From positions 99,200,001 through 99,264,000 of the forward strand of contig CM059434.1 in the NCBI GenBank assembly GCA_030390025.1: a stretch of 64,000 nucleotides of DNA, read 5' to 3'. Shown here piece after piece: positions 51,543 to 64,000 of the stretch. The position numbers and the translations under genes were made by a program. The notes beneath the pieces were generated by a model, which saw only the letters and a program-made list of their open reading frames with translations, did no database searches and was not told where the DNA came from. Position 1 is the first letter of the stretch. Each line of letters begins with the position of its first letter. The stretch is from Squalus acanthias (Eukaryota).

Positions 51543-52265
51543 ATCTAACCACCGCCCCTTGACATTCAACGGCATTACCATTGCCGAATCCCCCACCATC
51601 AACATCCTGGGGGTCACCATTGACCATAAACTTAACTGGACCAGCCACATAAATACTGTGGCTACAAGAGCCAGCCAAAGGCTGGGTATTCTGCAGCAAG
51701 TGTCTCACCTCCTGACTCCCCAAAGCCTTTCCACCATCTACAAGGCACAAGTCAGGAGTGTGATGGAATACTCTCCACTTGCCTGGATGAGTGCAGCTCC
51801 AACAACACACAAGAAGTTTGACATCATCTAGGACAAAGCAGCCCGCTTGATTGGCACCCCATCCACCACCTTAAACATTCACTCCCTCCACCACTGGCAC
51901 ACCGTGGTTGTGGTGTTTACCATCTACAAGATGCACTGCAGTAACTCACCAAGGCTTCTTCGGCAGCACCTCCCAAACCCGCGACCTCTACCACCTAGAA
52001 GAACAAGGGCAACAGGCACATGGGAACACCATCACCTGCAAGTTCCCCTCCAAGTTACACACCATCCTGACTTGGAAGTATATCATCGTTCCTGCATCGT
52101 CGCTGGGTCAAAATCCTGGAACTCCCTCCCTAACAGCACTGTGGGAGTACCTTCACCCCACGGACTGCAGCGGTTCAAGAAGGCAGCTCACCACCACCTT
52201 CTCAAGGGCAACTAAATGCTGGCCTTGCCAGTGACGCCCACATCCCATGAACAAATAACAAAAAA
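51543..52265 (+). mobile_element. 3' end of the same Jockey-group LINE family, nested in a CR1
   Basis: Highly similar to 44770-45406. It extends to a 3' UTR and A-rich tail at about 52255-52266. Confidence 0.88.
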
Positions 52266-55200
52266 AGCTGCTGTTGCGGCTGGGTCAATTGAAAACTTCA
52301 AAACTTATATTGATAGATTTTTGTTAGGCAAGGGTATTAAGGGTTATGTAACCAAGGCAGGTAGATGGAGTTAAAATACAGATCAGCCATTATCTAATTA
52401 AATGGCGGGACAAGCTCAAGGGGCTGAATGGCCTGCTCCTGTTCCGGTGTGCCCGTGGGCAAGGCTGTATCAGGCTTGGCTTCTATTGACTAGCCGACTG
52501 ACACTCACTGTGTAGGCTTATGCATGAAGAATGACCTTGGATAAGATTTCGGAAGGATACGCCTACCTAGGAAAGGGAGGGGTTAAAAAAAATGCAAGAA
52601 CCAACTCAAGATTGGCTTGGGTGAAACTCTAGGAGTAGACCATTTGGCAATCTCTCAATCTGGAAGAGTGCAGGAGCCCTGAAGAGAGGGGTGGGGATGG
52701 GAGAAGTAATAGAAACCAGATAAAATGAGAATGTTGGCTGAAACACACACAGCAAGTCAGTCAGTCAAATGCACAGATTACTCAAGTCAGGTACATACAA
52801 GTAGCAGAGATTACTTATTACAATTGATATTCAGCCCAGTCAGGTACCTGTCTGTTAAAACCTGCCTCCATTCTCGCACGCTCATGATGCCCGAGGCCAG
52901 GCTTTTATCTGTCACGGATCAGACATGCTTGTCCTTTGCTCACTTTCCCCATCAGCTTGTACATGTGGAGGGACAGTCAGCTGTGGCTTGAAACTTGGAA
53001 GCACCTTCTTGCAGGCCTATGGGATTGTGCTGTAGAGTGGCAGAGAGGAAAACCCCTTACAAACATCTCATGCAGCACCACCTTGACTTCAATAGTCATC
53101 AAAGAGACCAAGTGCTGGTTTGCATTATCACTTGCCTGCAGACTCAGGCCTGCACCTGTGGGTCCCTTTCCCTTCATCCTAGCCTGCCACTTCGTAATCC
53201 CAAGCCCCTTCAGCTTTGGCAAAGGTTGCTGATGGGTTTAGATGCTTTTTAATGCACTTCAGAGGCTTTCTAAATGTTTGTCCCCTTCCTTATGACACTC
53301 CCCTTTAATTGTCCTCATCCCTTTAAATTTGACTTGCATGCAATTTTTGTCTCCTACTAGTGGCATCATCCCTGGACCCAGTAGAGTTTGCATCTAGAAT
53401 TGTGGATCATTATGCAAATCACATTTAGACATAGAAATGACATGCTCTTAGCATTTGGGATTCTGGCAGGCCTTATAGCAATATAAACTAGAATATAAGC
53501 ATTTTATACCTGAAGATGAAAATTGTGTTACATGAGTAGCATCATATAAATGCAAGTCACTGTACATAAGTGATGTGACGGTCAACATATTGGAACCCAT
53601 TAATGACTAAACAAGTCAGTCAATGGACTCCCAACAGTCCAACACCCCACTGCACAAAGGTGTTCTTGGAAAACAGTCCTTGGTTAAACAGAATCGGTAC
53701 AAGTGTTCCACATCTCGAATGAGTAGTACAGCTCCTTTCATTCTAGTACATGGAATTTGTGGGAGTTACTCAGTCTTTTACAAAGAAATTGAGTCACCAT
53801 TTCCAATGCATGCAGAATCCAGGAACAATACATTGTCAAAATGTGGTTACTTTTAACAAGAGATAGGCAATTATGTGAAGAGAAAAAAAAGTAATTCCTG
53901 TTCCAAAATAAATCATGGTTTTCACACTTAGTTTTTTGTCTCTTTCTAAATATTATTTCTCCTCTTCCCTTTAAGAGCCCCACAACACACACCATTTCCT
54001 GCTTTAAGAGATTATGCCGGCAAGTGACTTGTTTCCAAATATCTGCTAGCAAAGACCGAGCATGGAGCGCCCAGGCTTATGCATCGCCCTTTTTGTTTGC
54101 TCCACGGAAGAATCTGAACCCCATTCACATCTCCGCCAATTGCTCAGCCGAGATCAGGAATTCAAATATGGGGAAAATGGAAGGTGCAAACCCAACACTG
54201 CTGAACATATAGTATATCAGGAAACATGGAGGCAACTTAACAAGTAATTGCAGCTTGAAGTGTGAAGAAGCAAAATAGATGAAAAAAACAGGAAAGGGCC
54301 ATATTAGGTTGTGCAGAAGGGTTGGTAGTTCTGATTATTCAAAGCCATTTATTTAACACTATCAAACTATTTTTATTTTTGCTTTGCTGATAAATTTAAC
54401 ACCAGTCTAAATCTAGAACCATAAATTGGAGGCTCATGCTCCAACAAACATGCTCCTTCAGGGCTCCTTTTTACTGAAGGGAAGAAGTTGTTTCAGTATC
54501 TAATTTATTTCTGGTGTTGGCAAAGGGTAAAAGACATCAAACTATTAAACTCTGCTTTTGAAATCGAAAAATAAGGATAACTGATAAGCATCCCATATAT
54601 TAACCAATTTAATTAACGAAGTTGTGAACACTGACCTCCAGATAAACATTTAAAACAGCCATCTCTCTTCACCCAACCAGAAACACAATCTAGCAGCTTT
54701 CAACTGATACCTTCACTGAACAGAACAGTCACAGTGCAATGTTTGGTGCATTCTGGACTAAGCAATGGTGAGATTATAATAATACTCATGCATGATACAA
54801 AGGTCATATATCACCATCAATTTATAGCATTCCTGCATCTTTTAGCAAGTTGCCAAACCTATGTTACAGTACACGCCAGCTAATGGTGGGTTAGAACGTC
54901 CTTTAACTTCATGCACCTGAATCCATATCCATCTCAGTCTGATGGGATGGGATGAAAGTTTCTCCTCTGCCAACTAGTTTGTATTCCAGCGATCATGAGC
55001 CAGCCTCCTGCATCGACATCAATAAATTTGATTTCTTTACCCTGGCAACAAAATCATAAATCCCCCCCAAAAAAATACTGGGTCTATAATTCTAGCACCA
55101 GGATAACGGCAGCAGATTTAGTGCAAACACATTGAATCCAGCCCAACAATGTTGGTCTCTAGAATCCAAACTCAATAAAAGGGGCAGTGTAATAGCAGCT

Positions 55201-56482
55201 TCCTTTTATCACAGCCCACAGAACAAACTGCAAGTGACTCCACACCAATTTGTTGTATTTAAAGAGGGTGTGAGGCTGGTTGAGAAATGAAGATTAAAAT
55301 TCAGGAGGTAGGACTGCTGTTCTGAGTTTGGCTTTTAGACACCAGAGTCTAAATTTAACATTGTTGCGCCTGCTGTATGGGCCTAAAACAGGCGCACGGA
55401 GATCCAATTTAGCAGGTCAGAGGTCTGCGCTCTATCTGCACGGGCATGCGGGTCACTGCTAAATTGGTCAGGGCCTTTTTTTTCATATTGAAATGAGGCT
55501 CCTGCGTTCATTTACGGCCCGGATGAGTAAATTTGATTCACACCTTTGGCTGGTATTTCTGGGTCTTGAGAAGACCAACCAACAGTCCTTGAAAACAAGC
55601 TCGAAAACGGCCCAACGTCTTTTAAAATGTTTGAATTTTGTGGAGTTGGAAGGAGCAGGGATGCTTTTCCTGGCTCCATAAAACAACTGTGGCCACTACT
55701 GGCAGCCCCCGGATGTGCCTGTGGTCCTTGGCATGGGGCATAATTGGTAAGGCCCCGACAGGCAAGCTACATCGGTTTTCAGGTTGTTTTCTAATGGTAG
55801 CTTAAATGGGTGAATGCCTGATTCCTAACCAGAAGAAAAAAATGCCACCCATATAATTTTAAAAAGCTGCTAACTCTGGAAAAACATCTACTAATAGCTT
55901 TATGCCATGCCTAAGACATGTTAAATGGGTATTAATAGGAATATCCCAAAGTAAATATTCAGAAGCACGCACACAGAGTGAAGGAAAGCACGCACCACAA
56001 AAAGTGCTTACAGTGCATTTTTGCCTAACACAATCATCCCACTAATCCCCTTCTTCAGATGCTACAGTCACCAAAAGGCTTTAAAAAGATTACATTGTAA
56101 TTTTTTCACTCTTCTGAACAAAAGCCTGTGGAAAGTACAATTCTTCTATTTTGACTTTTAAAAATTAGGCACTTAACTGTTGTATGATCCTCCAGAAACT
56201 TGGACCGAGTGAGCTGCCAATACTTCACTTATCAAACCGTAATGCCATGAATACAAAACCTTGAGACAAACTGGGATTTTGAGTTATTATTGCCTTCCAC
56301 ATTTGTCTCAAAATTAAAAAAGATAATGGGTGCCTTCACTGAAGTGAAAGTTCAGCAATGCCCAGCAGCAAATGAATTGAAAAGCTAGAAAAACCCCAGG
56401 CTCGCCAATTCCCTCAGTGAGAACACTTCCTGTATGTAGCCTTGATCGAAAAGAGTGCCTTCAGGGAAGAGCCAGAAGCTTT

Positions 56483-56715
56483 TTACTGTGTAAACATCTT
56501 CAGTGTATAGAGTGGAAAATATTTCAACAGATATCTTGTGCACCAAAAAATTGCCACCAAATGATGGATCACACAATGACTTAGGTCAACCAATGGAGAG
56601 GTGAATGGAAGGAAAAGTAAGCACAAAAATAGAAACATCACAAGCCAACCCAACCACACCAGTGATGGGGGTTCAGTAGACAAAGATGGTGACAGAAGTG
56701 GAAGCCTGTTACAAT
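56483..56715 (-). other. Candidate terminal exon (phase 1) with a hydrophobic segment, xCNRLPLL...LVWLGWLVMFLFLCLLFLPF...KMFTQ*
   Basis: atatttctctttctag|AT followed by a 77-codon open frame. Confidence 0.3.
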
Positions 56716-57399
56716 CTAGAAAGAGAAATATTTCTGGAGATACAAAAAATGCAACATTCATATAAGTCTTTTCTGCAGAACAGAACAGCTGAAAAGTTCC
56801 AAAACATCATCTTTATCTGCACTATTTCTGCCACCATCACAGGTGATCTAAAATTGTAGGAATTTATGAACCTAAAATTCTGGAAAAACCAGGCCTGAAA
56901 GCTTAAATTTTCACACCTGGGCATAGTTTAATGCTCATGGACAGAAATGAGTGCAAATCTGACAAAAGTGCTAATTGCACATCATTTTCTGTCGTCAGCT
57001 TATTAGCATAATTACTCTTAACTCCATGTGCAACTTTGGCCTTGTACAGGCAGGTAGCCCAAAGTGGGGGGCACGGACCAGACAGAAAATCTCCAATGAA
57101 ATTTAAAAAGGATCCGGATAATTAAAAAACTAAATGGCAGATAGGGATCAGAAAATGCCATGCATCCCATCTGGCCGGTTCCAGGTGGGGGAGGGGACAA
57201 AAGTTGTGCAGCATTTGAAAAGGTTCAGAAGGAATTTCAACCAGTTAGCAGCCTTTGCCCAGGCTGAAGGGAGAGAGGGAAAGAAATGACAGGCAAAAAT
57301 GGAGTGAAAGGGAAATTAATGTGGAGTCTGCAGGCAAGTTCTCGACCCCCCTCCCCCCACCCCATTTGATGGCTAGTGCTACCAGATGTGGTTGTAAGG

Positions 57400-57900
57400 A
57401 GGGTAACCTTGTTTACCACTTAAGAGTGCCAACACCATGAGTCAACACGGCAACATGCCTGGAAGGAGGTGGTACCACACTTGATACTGCAACTGACTGT
57501 TACTGTCACTGGTTATTGCTGCTCTATCGTGCAATTTAACTACAGGCATCCTTGCAGCAAATAGCAAAGCTCTGCACTTGGCTCTCTGCTCACCTGGAGC
57601 CAGTACAGCAGGTAGGTGTGTCAGGCTCGGAAAATATGGTTGGCATCTTGATCGGTGCAGCTGTCCCAGCTGTTGATCATCCCGGCATGTCTTCTTTCAT
57701 GCAATGCTACTTAAAGCACGACATACTGTGATTGGGATGCATTTGAAGGCCCAGTGTTAAAGTTAGTCTGATCTTCACATATCGCATTTGTGCTTTCAGG
57801 TCACAGCCTCCCTTGGGAATTGGAGCCACTGCATGCACAAATCTTCTGGTAAAGTGAAGTACATGCACCTCTGAATGTAAATTTGAGGGCACTGACAGGT
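57400..57900 (-). mobile_element. Highly degenerate Harbinger transposase relic
   Basis: Minus-strand fragments QRCMYFTLPEDLCMQWLQFPREAV (compare [23 protein letters not shown] in the 12-13 kb transposase) and LSGKQGYP (compare LLGDKGYP) occur in colinear order. Confidence 0.4.
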
Positions 57901-58968
57901 GGACAAGAACTCCTCTGGTAGTCAGGTCTGCCTCAAATCCCTCTACTAGTCCTTCTCTTCTTTCTCCAAAAAGGAGATTTTCCCATTGGGAAACTCATTG
58001 TGCAGGGAAAAAAGGCAGCTGCAGAACAACAGTCACAAAGACCCCCAAAAACCTAATAGCAGAAGAAAAATATGAAAAAATGGTGCAGGAATACCCTGAA
58101 AATTGTTCAGTGACACTTCTTACTGGGCTGTTTTAAAGAACCTGCCTATATAGCTCATCTGACAACTCTGGACATCTGATATAGGTGGTTGCATCACTCC
58201 ATGTAATAGACCCACTAATGTTGGGAAATCGTGAGCCAGTCAAAATGATGTAGCTGCATTTTAACTTAGGAAGTGGGAGCTTCTTTAACCCATTTAAATC
58301 TGTGCCACATTTTTGCGTGGCCGTAGATCCTGTGTTACGGATGGCTGTCCAATCTACCAATCAAGGGTTTGACCAATTCCGCCCATCTATCAGGACGTAT
58401 ACCTTCACATGCCCCAAAGATCCTTCAAAATAGCCCTCTCGTATGAAACAACATTGGCTTTGCTTGCATTGTGCCGTTTCCAGGTCTGTAGCATCCATCT
58501 CCATTATTGGGAGGTAAAACCAGAGGGATTCAATTTTTACACTTTTAATGGATGGTTAACTTCAGTCTTCAGTTTTACTGCAGATATTGCCCTGTACATT
58601 ATTTTCAATAATCAATATAAAAATGGAACAGAAGGACATGGCAGAAAACTGGATACTATTGCCTTTTGGAAGGGCCGCATTAAGAAAATAATACCAATTA
58701 GCTTATAACATTTCCTCATAATCAAACTACAGAACGCCTGAACAACAGCTGTGTTACAAAAAAGAAAAAAAACACAAATACCTCTGGGAAACATATGGAC
58801 ACACCCACCTCTACACACATATCTGCATTGTCTTCACAGTTTTGAGAGGAGGTACAGCCCCAAATAAACCATATTTAAAAAGCATAACTGCAGCTAAAAT
58901 AGATTAATTGCGATTTTTCACAGAACAATAGTACACACACAGTTACTCAGGTCCAGAGTATGCAAATA

Positions 58969-58969
<1 letters not shown>

Positions 58970-59013
<44 letters not shown>
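58970..59013. repeat. (CA)n microsatellite
   Basis: About 22 CA units. Confidence 0.97.
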
Positions 59014-59014
<1 letters not shown>

Positions 59015-59118
59015 CTAGTGCGTACAGATCACAAGCCAACAGGATGCATACACTATAATTTGACACACCTGCTGTGTGTACACAACAGTTCCATAGGTCT
59101 GCAATAAAAATTTAGTAT

Positions 59119-60120
59119 ATGTATCGCCAACCTCCGCTGCTGCTGAAACCCTCTTCTATGCCTTTGTCACCTCTGGACTTGACTATTTCAATGCCTTCCA
59201 ACCTCCACCAAAATAACAACTACAACTTGTATTTATATAGCACCTTTAACGTAGTAAAATGTCCCAAGGCGCTTCATAGGAGTTCTAAGACAAAAATTTG
59301 ATACTGAGCCACATAAGGATAAATTAGGGCAGGTGACCAAAAGCTTGGTCAAAGAGGTAGGTTTTAAGGAGTAGCTTAAAGGAGGAAAGAGAGGTAGAGA
59401 GGCGGAGAGGTTTAGGCAGGGAATTCCAGAGCTTAGGGCCTAGGCAACAGAAGGCACGGCCACCAATGGTGGAGCGATTATAATCAGGGATGCTCAAGAG
59501 GGCAGAATTAGAGGAGCGCAGACATCTCGGAGGGTTGTGGGGCTGGAGGAGATTAAAGAGTTAGGGAGGGGCGAGGCCATGGAGGGATTTGAAAACAAAG
59601 ATGAGAATTTTAAAGTCGAGGCGTTGCTTAACCGGGAGCCAATGTAACCTCCGTAAACATCAGCTCATTCAAAACTCTGTCGCCAATAGCCTATACCGAA
59701 TTAAGTCCCGCTCACCCATCACTCCTGTTCTTACTGATCTACATTAGTTCAAATTTAACATTCTCATCCTCATGTTTAAATCCCTTCATGGCCTCGCCGC
59801 TCCCCATCTCTAACACCCCCTTGCCCTACGATCCCCCTCCGAACTCTACTTTCCTCCATCTATGGCCTCGTGTATCCCCCCACTCCCTTCGGCCCACCAC
59901 TGGCAACCGTTCCTTCAGTCATCTAGGTCCCAAGCTCAGCACTTCCTCCATGTCCTCCTTTAGGACCATCCTTAAAACCCACTTTTTCCACCTAACTTTT
60001 GATCACCCCTCCGAATACCGCCTCCTTTGGCTCGGTCCTATTTGTCAGATTACACCTCGGTGAAGCGCCGGAGGACGTTCTTTTACATTAAAGTGCTGTA
60101 CAAGTGCAAGCTGTTGCTGC
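59119..60120 (+). mobile_element. L2 LINE 3' region interrupted by an inverted L2 tail
   Basis: AET...AFVTSGLDYFNA, LQLIQNS-like and ITPVL..LH motifs, with a GCTGTACAAGTGCAAG tail. Confidence 0.75.
59207..59645 (-). mobile_element. L2 LINE 3' end inserted antisense into an older L2
   Basis: The reverse complement ends GCTATATAAATACAAGTTGT(TGT)n-like. It is flanked by a 7-bp duplication AACCTCC (59200-59206 and 59646-59652). Confidence 0.75.
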
Positions 60121-62947
60121 TCCTGTAAATACGGCAAATTTTACACGTGCGCCAGCTGCATTTTAACAAGTTATTGCTGACAATCCTTTAAGTTATAACA
60201 TCAATTCTTTGAATACTGAAACAGTCCCAGTTTTCAAACCCCACAACTCTTGCCTAACATGGTGAATGTTTTCTGAAGAATTCTAATAATGGAGTGATGA
60301 AGTTGAGCAACAAACATGCATAACAACCACAGCCGAGCTGGAATTCCCCGTGGTTCTCAGAGTAAATTAGGTCAACTGAAATCCAGGGCTAGTTGGGGGC
60401 AGCTGCTCCTACCAGTTAAGTTCAATTGCAGGTCGTGCACTGATATTAATTACTGCAATACCGATAGGAAAGGCTAGGGCTGGGAGAGCCACAAAATCAA
60501 TCATTAGTTAATCATTGCCACAAACAAATTCAGCCACTTGCATTAAGGCACTTAAACAGGCCTTCGCTGCCCAAATCCTAATCGTTGCTTGAAAGTCCAA
60601 TTGTTCTCAGTTGGTAAAAATCATACTTCCAGAAACAAGAAAATAAGCAGTCTGTGGGTATTTTTTATTAGGAAGTTGCTGACTGCACTGAGGCACACTA
60701 CTAAACCACACACACGGACACCAACTCCCACAACTTCCAATGAAATTAGATGAATAAATATGGATGTCATCAATCACAACATGACTAATTCTGTCCAGAT
60801 CAAAGCATCAAGTAAAATGTATTTTAAATGACAATCACCGCAATTCAAACCCAATGAGAGAGATTTTAATCCAAAAATAAATTTTAGATTAGCCCATTGA
60901 GAAAAATAAAATTAAAATACACATTTATTCAGAATATGAGCAACTTGGCTAAGTCAGAGAAAACAGCACACACACATCAACAACGGTTGAATTTAGATGA
61001 AACAAGAACCCAGCTGATAGTTATATTTCTAAGCACCAAAACCAGATCCATGGCCTGGTCGGATCGATGCTCATGATGTCCTGAACTCACTCACACAAGG
61101 TACAGTTGCCACTTGTGCAAAATGCTATCACTGCCTGCTGCATATTTCTCATATCTTCTTTACCTATAAAAATTCAAGCAACATTCCAAGGTTTACAGGA
61201 ATAGCATTTGCACTGTGCACTTTTTCCAAACATTTCACAGAGACCCCTCTCTCTATTCCTCACCCGAAGTGAAGTTCATAGTCTATCCATATGGGATCAC
61301 TAGATAGCAATTAATAGGGCTTCAGTCTGGAAATATAAAGCCATGTACAAATATTAGCTAATATTTGAATTTCATGGGAAGGAGTGATTAATTGGAAAAT
61401 TCATTAGACATTCCTAGGTCTAATTATATCCACCCAACCCGCAATTTTCCCTTGTTTTGTCCCGAGGATAAAGACTTACACTGGAGTACAGTTCCAGGAG
61501 TACTTGCACATGGTATCTTGCCCAGACAGAGAATGTCGGTTGCCTATTCAATCAATGGGCCTTAATCCGCAAAAGCACACTGCCCAGTTAGAGTCACTGA
61601 ATGGAGATCAGGAGTAGAAACTGTCCACGGTGCTGAGTCCAACTGTGGTGTCCATGTCAACATCCCAGCTGAGATAAGCCAGCTCATCAGAGAGCAGTGA
61701 TTGAACCAGGCATTTTCCTGGCTTGTACAATTCAGTGTCACACTAGCCAGTTCTTCTTCTCACCAGCCATTAGAGGTAGTTAATTATATTCTTTAATAGC
61801 AAACCCCCCACCCCCCGCCGTAAGTGTAGATTGTGTTTTGGTCCTGTACAATTCTACTTGCTAGTTTGTACTGCTGAGTTTTATTTTTTCTGAGTTGGAA
61901 TGTAGACGATGTTAGACTCTTTGTAAAAGGAGTTTCATAGCTGTTGGTAAATTTGGCTCTTTTATTTTCCTTAGACTGTATTTTGATTGCAACAGTAAAA
62001 TTCATGTAAAACGATCCATTGTTATTTCTGAATGACAGACTACTGTACAAAATGGATTTATCGATTCTGAACAAAATGTTTATATTTACAGTAATATTTT
62101 TCAAAATTAGACATTTATAGTACAATCACAGAGAATGAACAAACAGCCAACACAGTGGGTAACAAGCAAATCCTTCATGTGAACCATCTAACACCAGGGG
62201 ACTATACAGAACAATGTGCAGATTTTGAAATAATATGCTAAAAGTTCTATGTTAGTAGTGGAAAACAGAAGAAGATGAAATAGTTACATTTTAAAGTACA
62301 TTAATGTTTAATTTAAGGACACAAGTAAACAACCTGAAGGAGAGAATGTGGGTGGATAAGTCTGTCCATATACAAGTCAGCTACTCCAGTGAGTTCCAAA
62401 ATTTTATTGCATCTACTCAGCAGTCGAACACAGAAATAATTCCTAGGCACAGGCAAACTTCACGAACAAGAGTTCGGTATATAGGAGCACATGCTCGTAC
62501 AAACTTAATCCATCTGCTCTGACACAGTCCCTCTACCTACATTTCAGTGAATTACAGCCTAACACAAAGAAGATAAAACTTGAAGTCCTAAATAATGAGA
62601 TTCATCTGTAGGAACAGAAAGACTGTGCGCCCGTGTTGTCAACAGATATAATAAAGCCAGGTTACAGGAGAACTAACACAATGGGAAAGGAGCAAACACA
62701 GCACAACACACACAACGTGATGAACATTCTGTACTCTCTCATTTCAATTGGCTAAGAAGCATTATTGTACTTTAATAAATGCCATAATGAATCACCAAAA
62801 CATGAACTGCCACACTAAGTGACCGACAAGACTGACAACCTGGGCCAGTGCAGTTATTGTTCTTCTGATGACTTTCTTGATCGTTCTGACATACAGCTTC
62901 AAAAACCTCTTGCATTCACCCAACAGTCCTCCTTCCTTTGCAGTTAC

Positions 62948-63015
62948 CTTAATAGGGTACTGCTTAGTGGATTAATTGTTCGCAAGCTCCAGCTTTAGTT
63001 TGTTTATGGCCTCAG
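62948..63015 (-). other. Candidate 68-nt stop-containing cassette exon (xEAINKLKLELANN* in phase 1)
   Basis: tgatttcttgtctttgcag|CTGAG...ATTAAG|gtaact, with stops in all three frames. Confidence 0.4.
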
Positions 63016-64000
63016 CTGCAAAGACAAGAAATCATTGGCCACATCATCTGCCATCGTGTCTGGCCTCTCAGCAGGCACACAGACTCTGCATGCAGTCCCT
63101 AGCAGAGTGTGCTACAGGCCACACTTTTCCTGTACCAGTATGCCGATTCAAATTAGCACACTCTGAATGCAAAATATGGTGCAGCCAATCCCAAGCTGTC
63201 AATGTAGATGAGTCTGCACCACCAACCAGCAGAACCTCATTTCTGCCAGACTCGGAAAATTGGGGCTGCAGAATTTACAGCCTAGTTTGCAAAGTAAAGA
63301 TTCCAAAAAGCATTTGGCTCCGTGTCATGTGATGTTATTTTAAAGTCGTATGATCAGATTCATGTGTCCCATCTATAATCATGCATTATTTCCATCAAAA
63401 ACATTTCCACCTTCAGGTTTAACTGATGAGCGGTGCTCCAATAAACACAAAAATAGTCTGCTAAGAAAAGTGGTGCTTGAACCAGGATTTCTTCAAATTC
63501 CATAGAAAAACCATAGCCAATTCACCAACCTTTGACCCACAGTCCATTTCATCACTCATGAACTCAATCACTAGTCATTCATTTGTAAAATGTGCTGTAA
63601 ACTTTAGAAGTTAAAATTAGACTTAATGTTTAGATTTTTTTTTTTAAAAACTGTTGGAAACATTGCATGGTTGGATCAGGAATTCTGTTTAATGGACAGG
63701 AATAGGACATGGTTCAAAGTACAAGCATTCTGTGCTTCAACAGCAATTCTGTCAGGAGAGCCAAACAGACCAAAACGTCCCAGGTTCAACATCTTGGTTG
63801 GCTGATCTCAGCTGTTGTCTATTACATTTAGCTGGGGGGATGGGAAATCATTTTGGGATCCTGCCCCAAATTGGCACTTGGTGGGACATTGGTGAAGACA
63901 GGATCAGGTTCAATTTTGATGCCCCCGCCCCCCACCACAGATAAATACCTTGTTCGCACTTATTGTCTCATGTATGAAGTACAGGAATGCAGCCAATGCC

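Larger units (their letters stand above)
51150..52447 (+). mobile_element. CR1 LINE 3' region split by the 51543-52265 insertion
   Basis: RPHLEHCIQLWAP...LEGV and RVVEIWNSL precede the insert. It resumes after 52266 (FKTYIDRFL-like, GGGCTGAATGGCCT 3' UTR). Confidence 0.8.

Noticed and set aside
52830-53400. Myb/SANT-like transposon relic
   Set aside because: Similarity is too weak to support by eye and needs a profile search.
55340-55935. MITE-like element
   Set aside because: It looks repeat-like (CpG-rich arms), but I could not define convincing TIRs or a TSD.
723-63015. Naming the host gene
   Set aside because: None of the candidate exon peptides matched a protein I can recognise, so any name would be a guess.

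Overview
This is AT-rich vertebrate genomic DNA, very probably from a cartilaginous fish: it carries HE1-type V-SINEs with CR1 tails, Deu-domain SacSINE1-like SINEs, and abundant CR1/L2/RTE LINEs. It looks like the interior of a very long intron or gene 3' region. I recognised no constitutive host coding exon, rRNA, tRNA gene or CRISPR array. The clearest feature is a full-length but inactivated ~4.1-kb PIF/Harbinger transposon (9622-13708) with TIRs, a spliced Myb/SANT-like gene on + and a convergent DDE transposase on -. Several non-autonomous Harbinger-like elements and older relics accompany it. Other repeats include CR1, L2, RTE, L1-like and Jockey-group LINE fragments (some nested), Penelope-like termini with hammerhead-like motifs, and a 22-bp minisatellite. 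The most unusual signal lies in the non-repeat DNA: many strong minus-strand 3' splice sites, each followed by a short, unrelated, stop-terminated reading frame, often in phase 1. These include a duplicated acceptor cassette, a possible 7-nt microexon and stop-containing cassette exons. This suggests, but does not prove, an array of alternative last or poison exons of an unidentified minus-strand host gene.
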